Shown: positions 28,633-39,194 of the stretch, piece after piece
Layout: each line of letters starts with the position of its first letter
Numbering within the stretch: the first letter of the stretch is position 1
Assembly (NCBI GenBank): GCA_002402995.1
Contig: DHGX01000003.1
Span: 82,309 to 146,308, forward strand
From: Patescibacteria group bacterium UBA4787
Lineage (GTDB): Bacteria; Patescibacteriota; Patescibacteriia; UBA2591; UBA4787
DNA: 64,000 nucleotides
Direction of reading: 5' to 3'
Program-made: the position numbers and the translations under genes
The notes under the pieces: generated by a model
What the model saw: only the letters and a program-made list of their open reading frames with translations
What the model was told of the DNA's origin: nothing
Database searches by the model: none

Positions 28633-28889
28633 TATTCTCGGCCTAATAATTTAAGAGCTTCTCCATATTCTTTGACGGTTTTTTTGACCGCTGCGTTAAT
28701 AGTTTTTTTGTTTTCCTCGGTTAAATTTTGTCCTAAAATATGGCCCAAGTCTTTACGGTGGATAACAAAATTTCGGCCAACTTTCATGGCCTTAATTTCA
28801 CCTTTTTTTATTTTTTTAAAAACCGCCACATGGCTAACGCCTAAAATCTTGGCCAGTTCGGTCGCAGAAAAGAAGTTTTTATTTTCCAT
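28632..28889 (-). CDS. Excisionase-type HTH protein, putative antitoxin
   Basis: FSATELAKILGVSHVAVFKKIKKGEIKAMKVGRNFVI plus C-terminal EYGEALKLLG. Confidence 0.85.
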   Translation of the reverse strand: MENKNFFSATELAKILGVSHVAVFKKIKKGEIKAMKVGRNFVIHRKDLGHILGQNLTEENKKTINAAVKKTVKEYGEALKLLGRE

Positions 28890-28897
28890 AAATTTCT

Positions 28898-28955
28898 ATA
28901 TTAACTGACTAAAGATAGGTTAATATATATTAACCTATTAGTCAATGGTTAATAT
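28898..28955 (-). promoter_or_regulatory. TA promoter with palindromic operator
   Basis: Perfect 24-bp palindrome ATAGGTTAATATATATTAACCTAT (28915-28938) overlapping TTGACT-17-TAACCT; further GTTAAT half-sites flank it. Confidence 0.7.
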
Positions 28956-29106
28956 GTGGATAAATAAACGTAAATTCACTATCGACCGCCAATACGTCAA
29001 AATCAAAAAAGCCAGCCATGGGCTGACTCTTCTGTAAAAAAATGGCAAGAAAACTGATATGAAAAAAGACGAGCTTATTATCGCTCGTCTTCAATTTTTG
29101 ACGCAC

Positions 29107-29307
29107 TTACAAGAGGAATTTTTCCAGGTTAACTTTTTCGACTATTTTCCCGTTCTTGTCGATTGTGGCCAGTTTTCCCTGAGAGGCCAGTTGTACGAAA
29201 GCGAGTGCGGTCACGAAAATGGCTTTTTCCGTAAACCCCTTTTTCTTCAGCTCGTTGATGAACTCTTGTGCTCCATCATCGAACGTCATGGTAATGGTGG
29301 GCGGCAT
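29107..29307 (-). CDS. Small protein, possibly RHH/CopG-like (cassette gene)
   Basis: Preceded by TTGACA-17-TAAGAT, AGTTCATTGAA and AAGGAG; beta-helix-helix-like pattern. Confidence 0.6.
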   Translation of the reverse strand: MPPTITMTFDDGAQEFINELKKKGFTEKAIFVTALAFVQLASQGKLATIDKNGKIVEKVNLEKFLL

Positions 29308-29460
29308 TTGGGAACTCCTTTGTTTTATTTGTTGTTCAATGAACTTAATTCGGTTAAATAAATCTTAATAAAAAAATCGTTTTTTGTCAAGATGATAAAA
29401 TCAAAAAAGCCAGCTATTAGCTGACTCTTCTGTAAAAGGGTCGTATCGCTGCCGAGATGT

Positions 29461-29652
29461 ATGAATTTCACAGATCAAAAAATAAAAGAATTTAATGCGG
29501 CAACAACCGAGGTAGCCCGGCAGAACGACCTCATTTTAGTTGATTTGTATAAAGTGCTTAGTTCAGAAGAAACAAGCGATTATGATTGTCTCCACCCCAA
29601 TATTGCCGGCCAAGAGAAAATAGCGCAAGAATTTATAGAGAATTTGCGATAA
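29461..29652 (+). pseudogene. C-terminal fragment of an SGNH/GDSL hydrolase
   Basis: EFNAA...LVDLY...DCLHPNIAGQEKIA (DxxH block); the N-terminus is missing at the island junction. Confidence 0.7.
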
Positions 29653-29738
29653 AAATACAAAATTTATTTTATTTTTTACTTGATAAATTCTCATTATAGA
29701 CTATAATAATTATTAATTGAAAGAATAAAAATTTAATC

Positions 29739-31403
29739 ATGGAACTCGAAGAGCTAAAAAAATTGTTGAATAAAGAGAAGGGCATTGAAAAGCTTGATTT
29801 TATCGCCATTCAAGAAGAGGCAGAATATAAAGGCGAGAGTATTGAAGATTTACTGATAGAAAAAAATTTAATTTCTTCTAGACAATTAGGAGGGTTAATC
29901 GCTCAAAAATTTAAAGTCCCTTTTGTTGATTTAAAAACCGAACCTATTTCCGAAGAAGTTCTTCGGATTATTCCTGAGGTCGTGGCCAGAAATCGACAAA
30001 TTGTCGCTTTTGCTCGAGATAAAAATGGCTTGAAAGTGGCCATGGCTCATCCGGACGATTTAGAAATGATTCAATGGCTTGAGAAAAAAACTGGCGAGAA
30101 AATTATGCCTTTTTATAGTTATTTGGGTCAGATTAAAGAAGCGCTAGATTATTATAAAAAAGAATTAAAAGTTGCTTTTGAAGAAATTATTAAGAATCAG
30201 ATTGAAGAAGCTAAAGATAAGGCGCCCGAAAGCCCCCCTATCATAAAACTAGTGGATACTTTACTCGAATACGGTTATATAAACCGGGCTTCGGATATTC
30301 ATATTGAACCAGAAGAAACAAAAACAGATGTCCGATTTAGAATAGACGGAGTTTTACATCAAGTGCTTACGTTCGATAAAGATATCCACCGATTAGTAAT
30401 CGCCAGAATAAAAATATTGTCTAATCTCCATACCGACGAACATTTTATCCCCCAAGACGGTAAATTCGGAGTTAAATATGATGGGGAAAAATTTGGAATC
30501 AGAGTTTCTGTTATCCCTGTTACTCATGGAGAAAAAGTAGTTATGCGACTTTTAGCAGAAAGGACTAGGCAATTCAACTTAGGTAACTTAGGACTCTCTC
30601 CGGCAGATTTTAAAATTGTTGAAACTAACATCAAGAAACCCTGGGGCATGATTTTATCAACTGGCCCTACGGGTTGTGGAAAAACCACCACTTTATACAC
30701 TATTTTAAAACTACTTAACAAATCAGGAGTTAACATCACTACCATTGAAGACCCTATAGAATATGATATGGCCGGGATTAATCAAATACAGGTCAACCCT
30801 AAAGCAGGGCTCACTTTCGCTGCCGGTTTGCGTTCTATCGTTCGACAGGATCCGAACATTATCATGGTTGGAGAAATCAGAGACACAGAAACCGCCTCTA
30901 TCGCTGTAAACTCGGCCATGACTGGTCATTTAGTGCTCTCTACCCTCCACACCAATAATGCCGCTACTACTTTGCCCAGGCTTATAGACATGGGAATCGA
31001 ACCATTTTTAGTTGCTTCCTCGACTAATATTATTATCGGCCAGCGATTGGTGCGAAAAATTTGTCCAAAATGCAGCCAAACATATTCTATCAAGCTAACA
31101 GAACTCGGCGAACTCCAGGACATAATGACCCAAAAAGCGAAAGGAAAAACAGAAATCATGCTCTCTCGGGGTCATGGTTGTCCGCTTTGTGGACACACTG
31201 GATATATAGGAAGAATCGGTATTTTCGAAATACTGCAAGTTGAAAAAAATATTCAAAATTTAATTACCAAACAAGCCGACGCAGGAGAAATTCAAGCCGC
31301 AGCTATAAAAAACGGAATGACGACTATGCTTGAAGATGGTATTTCGAAAATGCTCGCAGGCATTACCACGTTAGAAGAAATTTTAAGAGTGATTAGAGAG
31401 TAA
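29739..31403 (+). CDS. pilB: PilB/GspE family assembly ATPase
   Basis: ASDIHIEP, GPTGCGKTTT, TIEDPIEY, RQDPNIIMVGEIRD, TGHLVLSTLHTN, two CxxC. Confidence 0.93.
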   Translation: MELEELKKLLNKEKGIEKLDFIAIQEEAEYKGESIEDLLIEKNLISSRQLGGLIAQKFKVPFVDLKTEPISEEVLRIIPEVVARNRQIVAFARDKNGLKVAMAHPDDLEMIQWLEKKTGEKIMPFYSYLGQIKEALDYYKKELKVAFEEIIKNQIEEAKDKAPESPPIIKLVDTLLEYGYINRASDIHIEPEETKTDVRFRIDGVLHQVLTFDKDIHRLVIARIKILSNLHTDEHFIPQDGKFGVKYDGEKFGIRVSVIPVTHGEKVVMRLLAERTRQFNLGNLGLSPADFKIVETNIKKPWGMILSTGPTGCGKTTTLYTILKLLNKSGVNITTIEDPIEYDMAGINQIQVNPKAGLTFAAGLRSIVRQDPNIIMVGEIRDTETASIAVNSAMTGHLVLSTLHTNNAATTLPRLIDMGIEPFLVASSTNIIIGQRLVRKICPKCSQTYSIKLTELGELQDIMTQKAKGKTEIMLSRGHGCPLCGHTGYIGRIGIFEILQVEKNIQNLITKQADAGEIQAAAIKNGMTTMLEDGISKMLAGITTLEEILRVIRE

Positions 31404-31405
31404 AT

Positions 31406-32455
31406 ATGAATATCTTCAAACGAGTAACTCTTTTAGAGAAAATTATTGCCGTTAAACACCTTTCGCTTATGATTAGGTCCGGGTTAACACTCTCGGCTGG
31501 CTTTAAAATTTTAGAGCAGCAAGCGCGAGGGTATTTTAAAGAAGTGCTTTGGGCAATTATGGCCCGCATGCAAGAAGGACAAACTTTAGCTGAAAGCTTG
31601 GCAAAATTTCCTCATATATTCCAGCCCATTTTTTTAAATTTAATTAAAGTTGGAGAAAAATCAGGTACCTTAGAAAAAACCCTTTCTTATCTATCTGAAT
31701 ATTTAGAGAAAAGTATGGTTTTACGCAGAAAAATACGCGGGGCCATGCTTTACCCAGTCTTTACTTTGATAATAGCCGTTGGAGTCGGATTATCGGTGGC
31801 TATTTTTATCTTACCGAGACTGACCCAAGTTTTTACCAGCTTAAATGTCAAACTTCCTGTTGCTACCAGAATTCTATTGTTTCTAGCCAGATTTTTTGAA
31901 AGTTATGGTCTCTGGGTATTCTTCGGCATTTTAATATTAATTGGAACACTTATCTGGCTTAGTCAACAAAAATTCGCGAAACCATATTTTCATAAATTAA
32001 TCTTACATTTGCCCCTAATAGGACGGATTTCTCGCGATCATAACTTAGCTATTTTTACCAGAATTCTAGGCACGCTTCTTAAAAGTGGATTATCTATAAA
32101 AGAGAGCCTTGAGATTACTTCTGAGAGCACTGATAATTTTGTTTATGGTAGATATGTCAAATCTCTAATCGGTCTGGTTGAGCAGGGAAAAACTTTGTCC
32201 AGCGGTCTTCAAGATAATTTTCTCTTTCCTGGAATAGCAGTTCAAATAATTGAAATTGGCGAAGAAACCGGCAGTTTGGAAGAATCTCTTTTATATTTGA
32301 CTCAATTCTATGAGGAAGAGGTCAGTTATGCCAGCGAAAATTTATCCACTGCTTTAGAGCCGATACTCCTTATTATTATTGGTATAGTTGTCGCCTTTGT
32401 GGCTTTGGCTATTATCACCCCTATTTATCAAATAACCGCTGGTATGAATATCTAG
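31406..32455 (+). CDS. pilC: PilC/GspF family platform protein
   Basis: GEKSGTL, AMLYP, GEETGSL, LEPILLIIIG...PIYQ. Confidence 0.92.
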   Translation: MNIFKRVTLLEKIIAVKHLSLMIRSGLTLSAGFKILEQQARGYFKEVLWAIMARMQEGQTLAESLAKFPHIFQPIFLNLIKVGEKSGTLEKTLSYLSEYLEKSMVLRRKIRGAMLYPVFTLIIAVGVGLSVAIFILPRLTQVFTSLNVKLPVATRILLFLARFFESYGLWVFFGILILIGTLIWLSQQKFAKPYFHKLILHLPLIGRISRDHNLAIFTRILGTLLKSGLSIKESLEITSESTDNFVYGRYVKSLIGLVEQGKTLSSGLQDNFLFPGIAVQIIEIGEETGSLEESLLYLTQFYEEEVSYASENLSTALEPILLIIIGIVVAFVALAIITPIYQITAGMNI

Positions 32456-32550
32456 TAGGTGAATAAAGAGTATCAAATTTTGTATTTATTTGCTCGACCG
32501 AAAAAACAAATTTATTCGCTTCTCTTTCGCTTGTTCACAAATAAACAATT

Positions 32551-33012
32551 ATGAAAATTAGAGCTTTTACTTTAATCGAAACCCTTTTGTTCGTTGTCGG
32601 ATTTAGTATTTTAATTGTGATAGCCTTTCCTGTTTTGCGTCTTCTTTTGACGGCGAATTATCTTAACATCGCAACTACGGAAATAGTCCAAAGTTTACGC
32701 CAGGCTCAAACTAGTGCTATAAATGGCGCCGGAGACAGCAGGTGGGGCGTTTTTTTTGATACAAGCAATAATAAATTTATTTTTTTTAAGGGCGATAATT
32801 TTTTGAATCGAATTCAGTCATATGATTTGGCGACAGAATTGCCCAAATCAGTCGTATTTAAAAATATTAATTTGAATGGAGGTGGGAGCGAGATAGTGTT
32901 TGAAAAAATAAGCGGTCAAATTAATCAATATGGATCTCTGTCTATTTCGGGATTAAATCATGAAACAAAAAACATTGTCATTAATGAATATGGATCAATA
33001 GAAATAGAATGA
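32551..33012 (+). CDS. Minor pilin/pseudopilin (FimT/GspH-like)
   Basis: RAFTLIET prepilin-like N-terminus, LRQAQTSA. Confidence 0.8.
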   Translation: MKIRAFTLIETLLFVVGFSILIVIAFPVLRLLLTANYLNIATTEIVQSLRQAQTSAINGAGDSRWGVFFDTSNNKFIFFKGDNFLNRIQSYDLATELPKSVVFKNINLNGGGSEIVFEKISGQINQYGSLSISGLNHETKNIVINEYGSIEIE

Positions 33013-34346
33013 AGATAAACAAAAAAGCGCAAATATTAATAGAAATTTCGATTGGGATGGGGTTGTTCGCCATGATAGCCGCCGCTCTTATAACTTTGAC
33101 TATTGGCTCATACCAATCCAATATTCAAACTGCGAAAGAAACTAAGGCCAGCCATTTGGCTAGCGAAGGAATAGAGGCAGCGCAAGCTATTAAGAATTAT
33201 AATTGGGAAAATTTGGCGAATGGTTCTCATGGATTGACTTATGTCAATGGTTTTTGGGAAATTCAGGACTCTTCTCCCGAAAATATTGGCCCCTACACTA
33301 GAGAAATTATTGTCGAATCTCTGTCTCGCCAGAATAATTTTTGCGGTTCACTTCAAGGGCAAGGTGTAATTGACCCCGACATTAAGAAGGTGATTTCAAA
33401 AATAACCTGGCAATCTGCTCCGTCCAAATCTAGAACCATAGAATTGGTTTCTTATTTTAGTAATTGGGCGAATCCCGAAGAAACTAAATGTTCAAAATGC
33501 GAATTATACGAGATATCTTCTGTCGTGGAGTTTGATGCAAGCGCCGTCCTGGATTGGTCGGGCAAAGATGTCGTTATTAAACTAAACGGACACTTAAAGG
33601 CTGATTCTAAAAATAACCCCATTACTTTAACCATCAATACTGATTGCAGTTTAATTATTGAAGACGGAGGTAAAATAACAGCCGAAGGCAGTTCGTCAAA
33701 TGGTAATGGAGGAGTTATTAATATTACCGCACCCGAGGTAAATATAGCCGGAACAATTTCGACTAATGGTTATTCTTCACAGCCAACAGGATTATTAGCC
33801 AATGGCGGTTTAATTAATATAGAGACAACCGATCTGGGCATATCAATTAGCGGTAAAATGAGATCCTGGGGATATACTTTTTCATCAAATATAAATAGTC
33901 TTGGTGGAACAATTAATGTTAAGACAACAGATTTCAACCATCAAGGCGAAATTTCTGTTAATGCTTTAAATGTGCCAAATGCTAACGACAAACCAGATGC
34001 CGGAACAATTAATATTGAGTGTCAAGACTTCGTGAATAGCGGAGGAATTAGTGCAGATACTTATGGCAAGCAAGGGCACGGTGGCATTATAAATATTAAG
34101 ACTGTGAACAATAGTTCTTCCAGTAATACTAATATCACCGCTGATAGCCGGGGGACTGCCGGATCAGCGCATGGTGGCCAAATTTATTTTACGGCCAATC
34201 AGTTGAATATTTTGAACAGCAATGTTTCTGCCATGGATATAGAAAATAATAGAAAACCAGGAATCACCGCTTTAATTTATTGTCAAAAAAATTTCACCGG
34301 CACTACTTTTAATCCTCAGCCAGGAGAAACAATATTATGTCCTTAA
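33009..34346 (+). CDS. Pilin-like protein with large C-terminal beta-rich domain
   Basis: KAQILIEI hydrophobic helix, ASEGIEA, repeated GG.INI units. Confidence 0.75.
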   Translation: MKINKKAQILIEISIGMGLFAMIAAALITLTIGSYQSNIQTAKETKASHLASEGIEAAQAIKNYNWENLANGSHGLTYVNGFWEIQDSSPENIGPYTREIIVESLSRQNNFCGSLQGQGVIDPDIKKVISKITWQSAPSKSRTIELVSYFSNWANPEETKCSKCELYEISSVVEFDASAVLDWSGKDVVIKLNGHLKADSKNNPITLTINTDCSLIIEDGGKITAEGSSSNGNGGVINITAPEVNIAGTISTNGYSSQPTGLLANGGLINIETTDLGISISGKMRSWGYTFSSNINSLGGTINVKTTDFNHQGEISVNALNVPNANDKPDAGTINIECQDFVNSGGISADTYGKQGHGGIINIKTVNNSSSSNTNITADSRGTAGSAHGGQIYFTANQLNILNSNVSAMDIENNRKPGITALIYCQKNFTGTTFNPQPGETILCP

Positions 34347-34375
34347 GCAAAAATCAACTATTCAAAATATAAAAC

Positions 34376-34969
34376 ATGGAAAATAACGATATAATAAAAT
34401 TTAAATCAATCCAAGATTCCGGGTTCAAAGTTCTAAATTTCAATAAAGGATTTACTCTTATAGAATTGATTATTTATACGGCCTTAGTAGGTTTAATAGC
34501 TGTGGCTGTTATTGGTTTTGCCTGGAATATTATCAATGCCCGAATTAAAAATGAGGCTTACCAAGAAGTAGAACAAAATCTGCGTTTTGGGATGGAGAAA
34601 ATCACTCAAGCAATTCGAGAGGCAGATGATATTTCTACTACAGATTCCGTCTTTAATGTTTCGCCGGGCAAACTTACTCTTAAATATCCAAACAAAGATA
34701 TGATTTTTGACGTATCCGCCAAGATTATTAATATCGGTGGGCAGGATGTAGAAATTCATAAACTAAGGATTAAAGACGGGAACAATGATTCTAAAGATTT
34801 AACTTCTAATAAGGTCGATATAATCAATTTCACATTGACTAATTTAACTCGCGGTTCTGAACCCAAAAATATTAAAATTGATTTAACCATAAAACATGTT
34901 AATCCTACCCAAAATCTTAAATGGGCAGCTGAAATTTTTTCCGAAACGGCTGCCTCTATTAGAAAATAG
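34376..34969 (+). CDS. Minor pilin (PilW/GspJ-like)
   Basis: KGFTLIELIIY prepilin motif. Confidence 0.82.
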   Translation: MENNDIIKFKSIQDSGFKVLNFNKGFTLIELIIYTALVGLIAVAVIGFAWNIINARIKNEAYQEVEQNLRFGMEKITQAIREADDISTTDSVFNVSPGKLTLKYPNKDMIFDVSAKIINIGGQDVEIHKLRIKDGNNDSKDLTSNKVDIINFTLTNLTRGSEPKNIKIDLTIKHVNPTQNLKWAAEIFSETAASIRK

Positions 34970-34970
34970 T

Positions 34971-35375
34971 ATGCGAATAACATGCTACGAATGCGCACCG
35001 GCGAATAATTCTAAAAATAGAGCAGCCACCCTGCTGATAATGATTTTAATTATTAGCGCTATTACTCTGGCTATTACCTTGAGCGTTGCTTTAACGGGCA
35101 TAGGTCAGATGCGGATGGGCGTCGGTTATTTCCAGTCTACGAAAGCGCTGGATTGTGCTAAAGCGTGTATGGATGAGGCATTGCTCCAGCTTATTCGAAG
35201 TTCTGATTACAGTGGCGGGAACTTGATTTTAGACGACGGAGATTGTAATATTAATATAAATAGATCCGGCCCGAATCCAATTATCACCGCAATTGGCAAT
35301 TTTAAAGAATTTACTAAAAAAATAACAGTCGAACTTGATTTGACTAATAAAAAAATTTTAACTTGGCAGGAATAA
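34971..35375 (+). CDS. PilX/GspK-like minor pilin
   Basis: AATLLIMILIISAI...KALDCAKACMDEALLQL; start at ATG 34971. Confidence 0.7.
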   Translation: MRITCYECAPANNSKNRAATLLIMILIISAITLAITLSVALTGIGQMRMGVGYFQSTKALDCAKACMDEALLQLIRSSDYSGGNLILDDGDCNININRSGPNPIITAIGNFKEFTKKITVELDLTNKKILTWQE

Positions 35376-35387
35376 ACCCCGACGATC

Positions 35388-36659
35388 ATGGGACTCTTTA
35401 CCGGACAATCAATCTTTGGCCTAGATATCTCCGACTATTCTGTCGAGTGTCTTTTGCTTGCCAAAAAAATAGGGAAACTCGGCGTTAAATCATATTCCCG
35501 ACTTACATCGGCTGCAAATATCGTCGAAAATGGCGTGATTCTAGACAAAAAATTTTTAGCCGAAAAAATAGTTGAGACTCGGATAAAAGCTAGACCGAGA
35601 AGAATCGCTTCTAAAAAGGTAATCCTTTCTTTGCCTGAATCAAAAACCTTTATTCATCTTTTTAAGTCTACCGAGATTCCCGGTGGTCCCGAAATTAAAA
35701 AAGGGATAATCTCTGAGGCTTCCAGGATCATCCCCTTAGACTTACAAGAAACTTATAATGATTTTGTCGTTTATAAAAATGGCGATGTACTTTTCGCGGC
35801 TGTCAGTAAAAAGATTGTAGATGATTATATAGAAGTTATGAAAGAGGCCAAACTTGAGTTGGTGGCCATAGATCTGGAATCGTTAAGCATAGGAAGAGCC
35901 TTGTTTTTTGAAGGCGGAGATTTAAAGGAAAACGTCATGGTGGTCGATATCGGGAGCAGAACCACCGATATAAGCATTTTTAATAAATTAGGCGAGCTAC
36001 AAATATCAGCCACTATCAATATCGCTGGTAATAAATTTACTCAAGCCATTGCCGAAGAATTGGGAAGTGATTTTGAAGGAGCTGAAAAATTGAAAACAAC
36101 CCATGGTCTTGATGAAAACGGCGACAAACGAGTGTTCGAAGTTCTCAAAAAACAATTTTCACCAATTATAGAAAAGATTAAAGACCTTACGGAATATTAT
36201 CAGGAAAAGATTCCAGTTCAAAACGGATCAACTTCTAACATAGAAAAAATTCTGTTAGTGGGGGGGTCCGCGAAGATGCCAGAAATTGCTTCTCATTTTT
36301 CAAAAAATTTAAACATAAGGACTGAATTAGGAAGATCAAAAGTCGCCGAACAGATTAAAGAATTTGCTCCTTGCGAAAGTATTGTAGGACTGGCCCTAAG
36401 AAGCTTGCAAGATAACCCAGTCAGAGCAGGAATTAATCTCCTGCCGTCAATTTGCCAGAAAAAATCATTTTTTAGAGCATTGCTTGAAAGAAAAATAAAA
36501 CTCTGGGTTGCCCTTACCCTTTTAATCGTAGAGGCTCTTTTCCTTGTGATCGGGTTCATGGTTATAATTGACCGATTTGACAATTTAATACAAGGCATTA
36601 AAATAAGTAAATACAATGGAGTAGTAATGACTCCACAAAAGGTCGTTTTGAATAAATAA
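35388..36659 (+). CDS. pilM: PilM-like actin-fold protein with C-terminal TM
   Basis: FGLDISDYSV, VVDIGSRTTDI, LLVGGSAKMP, VGLALR, INLLP. Confidence 0.85.
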   Translation: MGLFTGQSIFGLDISDYSVECLLLAKKIGKLGVKSYSRLTSAANIVENGVILDKKFLAEKIVETRIKARPRRIASKKVILSLPESKTFIHLFKSTEIPGGPEIKKGIISEASRIIPLDLQETYNDFVVYKNGDVLFAAVSKKIVDDYIEVMKEAKLELVAIDLESLSIGRALFFEGGDLKENVMVVDIGSRTTDISIFNKLGELQISATINIAGNKFTQAIAEELGSDFEGAEKLKTTHGLDENGDKRVFEVLKKQFSPIIEKIKDLTEYYQEKIPVQNGSTSNIEKILLVGGSAKMPEIASHFSKNLNIRTELGRSKVAEQIKEFAPCESIVGLALRSLQDNPVRAGINLLPSICQKKSFFRALLERKIKLWVALTLLIVEALFLVIGFMVIIDRFDNLIQGIKISKYNGVVMTPQKVVLNK

Positions 36660-36679
36660 TATAAAAAACATTTATAACT

Positions 36680-37183
36680 ATGAATTTAAAGAAAAATAGA
36701 GCTGGCTTTACCATGGTAGAACTTATTATTGTGATAGCTATTATTGCTATTTTGGCTGGCATTGTTTTTGTGGCTATTAATCCGGCCAAGCGTTTTGGCG
36801 AAGCTCGGGATAGTAGGCGCTGGACAGATGTCTCAAATCTGCTTGACGCAATTCTCAAATATCAGGTGGATAATGGAGGCAATCTTCCCGTTGGTGTACC
36901 AGCCGCTGATGGCCTTAATTATCTAATTGGTAATGGTGACTGTGTTATTGCTGGTGTCACTTGCAACGAAGGAGCTACCATTTTGACTGGTTGTAAGAAT
37001 CTTACTGAAGTCACGGTTCCTCCTACGAGTATCGTTCCTGATTATATTGGTTCGATCCCTACGGACTTAAAAGGTGGAACAGCTGCCCAAACTCTTTATT
37101 ATATTTCTCGGAGTACCGCTGATAGAATCACTATCGGTGCCTGCACTCCAGAATATACCAAACCTATTTCTGTCACCCGTTAA
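36680..37183 (+). CDS. Major type IV pilin-like protein
   Basis: AGFTMVELIIVIAIIAILAGIVFVAINP...ARDSRR. Confidence 0.88.
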   Translation: MNLKKNRAGFTMVELIIVIAIIAILAGIVFVAINPAKRFGEARDSRRWTDVSNLLDAILKYQVDNGGNLPVGVPAADGLNYLIGNGDCVIAGVTCNEGATILTGCKNLTEVTVPPTSIVPDYIGSIPTDLKGGTAAQTLYYISRSTADRITIGACTPEYTKPISVTR

Positions 37184-37276
37184 TCTTTTTTCGCTCCGTT
37201 ATAAAAATATTCTGCTTAAAAAATAGACAATTTTCTTAAAAAAGTTTAAGGAATATGTTCTAAATTTTGGCAAGAT

Positions 37277-37323
37277 AAAAAAGCGAAACTTTTCCCGCGT
37301 GGGATTAAAAGTTTCGCTTTTTT
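37277..37323 (+). terminator. Hairpin/terminator after the pilin gene
   Basis: AAAAAAGCGAAACTTTT...AAAAGTTTCGCTTTTTT. Confidence 0.65.
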
Positions 37324-37459
37324 GATTCGGACAGAAATATCGGACAGAAACAATAGAGACTTTTATTCTTAATAGATTTAGGCGCAATTTTCAAAAAGAC
37401 AATGATTGAAAAATTATGTTTTTGTGTTACAACAGATATAGAATTATATTTGAAATTTT

Positions 37460-37930
37460 ATGTCTCAAATGAGAAAAAATATTATTATCGCAGTTTGTAT
37501 TATCGGGATTTGCATTACCGTGATTTTAATATGCGGAATTACCACCGAGATGTATGACAGAAAGTTAAAAGAGCAAGAAGAACAAATAAGTGAAATATCG
37601 TCTAAAATGATAAAATACAATAAGGCCGACGAATCCTTTTATATAACGGCAAATCAGGTATTGAATCTCGCCCAAAGAGCAGCCGAATTGTTTGAAAGTT
37701 CTGAACCCGAAGAAAAACGCCAACTCTTGAATTTCGCATTTCAGAACTTCCGGTTAAACGGCAAAAACCTTTCATTTAAACTAAAAACACCCCTCGACGG
37801 GGTGCTTATAGGCACTACTACTAACAATTGGGGTCGTATCGTGGAGGACGTTAGAACTATATTTGCACAACAAGATGAATATATCTACATACCGGACTTG
37901 AGATCAGAGGCGACAATAGAAATTTATTAG
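37460..37930 (+). pseudogene. C-terminal remnant of a large serine recombinase fused to an unrelated hydrophobic N-terminus
   Basis: ADESFYITANQVLNLAQRAAELFESSEPEEKRQLLNFAFQNFRLNGKNL...WGRIVEDVRT resembles CPR recombinase C-termini; no catalytic domain. Confidence 0.7.
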
Positions 37931-37994
37931 AACCTGTTTAAGGAGGTTGGGGGAGTGTTTGACGGGGGACGATATTAGGCTCTGCTTGAACGAA

Positions 37995-38582
37995 CTACTT
38001 CTTATTTCTTAAAAATGGATTTTTTTTACCAAAAACAATTTCTGGCGTTTGGTTATTTATTACATCCTTAGAAATATTGTATTTTTTGTCATAAAGAGTG
38101 TCGACGGAACAGAATAATGCATTTGTATAATTAAAGCTTAATTTTTCGGCGATTGCTTTAACCTTTTTCTCCGATTTACCTTCAATCTCAACAAACGGCT
38201 CTAAAAATGGCCATTCATCAATTGTTATCTCTACTCCGCTTAATATCCATAATTCTCTTTTATTTTCCTGATAGGCTTTCTTTCTACAACCAATTTTAAT
38301 AAGGAAATCTTTGGTTTCTTTAAAATTATTTACTTTTAAGCAAATTTCTTTTTGGTCTTTTATCTTTTTGCCATCAACTATTTTTAAACTCATCGTTATT
38401 TTATCGCCCTCATCTCTTGCTCTCACCCATCCACCCGGAACCTCATGACCTTTCGGTAAATTGAAAACTACTCTCTTTTGTAGAAACTCTGGTTTAACTA
38501 ATTTTGCCCCGATTTTCTTTAGTTTCTTGCGGATTTCGTTTTTATCAATATTAGCGAAAGTTGCTTCGTATTCTATTTTCAT
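37995..38582 (-). CDS. CYTH-domain (class IV adenylate cyclase-like) protein
   Basis: MKIEYEATF, WVRARDEG, EITIDEWPFLEPFVEIEG. Confidence 0.88.
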   Translation of the reverse strand: MKIEYEATFANIDKNEIRKKLKKIGAKLVKPEFLQKRVVFNLPKGHEVPGGWVRARDEGDKITMSLKIVDGKKIKDQKEICLKVNNFKETKDFLIKIGCRKKAYQENKRELWILSGVEITIDEWPFLEPFVEIEGKSEKKVKAIAEKLSFNYTNALFCSVDTLYDKKYNISKDVINNQTPEIVFGKKNPFLRNKK

Positions 38583-38631
38583 ATATTTTATTCTACTAAA
38601 AAATTTATTTTTGCCAAGATCATGAGAAACA

Positions 38632-38667
38632 AGAAAGGACACAGATTTTTCTCTGTGTCCTTTTTTG
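38632..38667 (-). terminator. Shared cassette terminator; copies at 47718-47753 and 53017-53049
   Basis: AAAGGACACAGA-TTTTT-TCTGTG(T/C)CCTTT downstream of three unrelated minus-strand cassette genes. Confidence 0.8.
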
Positions 38668-38691
38668 AACTTAGCACTTTCTCGCCTTGGT

Positions 38692-39063
38692 TTATAAATT
38701 CAAGTTTTCTAGTTTCACCCAGATGATCGCTCCGGCGGGATGCTGATAGGGTATCGGCTTGGAAAATAAAACAGGATTCTTTAGAGTCCAAGCAAAGGTT
38801 TTTTTGTAGGGCAATCTCTGCTCTAACGCACTAGCCGGTATCTGGTGTTTGTCGACACTTGCCTTCATCTGCGATAGGTCTAACGGTCCCATCACATCCA
38901 CCAGCTCACAGGTACCAATAACAAGCCCTGAACCGCTACGAATCAAAGCGATTCGACCGCGGATATTCGTGCTCGAGCCACGGATCTCCCAGGTTTTGGA
39001 ACCGCTAAAGATTTTATCGATCCATGGCGTGCGAATTAATAAACCGCGCAAAATGTTTGACAT
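38692..39063 (-). CDS. ASCH-domain protein (cassette gene)
   Basis: LLIRTPWIDKIFSGSKTWEIRG...RGRIALI; leader TTGACA, AGTTCATTGAA, GGGAG. Confidence 0.88.
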   Translation of the reverse strand: MSNILRGLLIRTPWIDKIFSGSKTWEIRGSSTNIRGRIALIRSGSGLVIGTCELVDVMGPLDLSQMKASVDKHQIPASALEQRLPYKKTFAWTLKNPVLFSKPIPYQHPAGAIIWVKLENLNL

Positions 39064-39194
39064 GTTTATCTCCCATTATTAAATTTTATTTCAATGAACT
39101 AGGTTTAGCTATAAATAAAATATATCAAAAAATCATTTTTTGTCAAGATGATAAAATCAAAAAAGCCAGCTTTTGGCTGACTCTTCTGTAAAAG

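Noticed and set aside
28955-28963. Perfect DnaA box TGTGGATAA (near matches at 9303 and 53786) as oriC
   Set aside because: Isolated boxes, with no cluster and no dnaA/dnaN in the window.
29059-29361. 100-aa plus-strand ORF
   Set aside because: Antisense to 29107-29307, which has the full promoter/boxA/SD leader.
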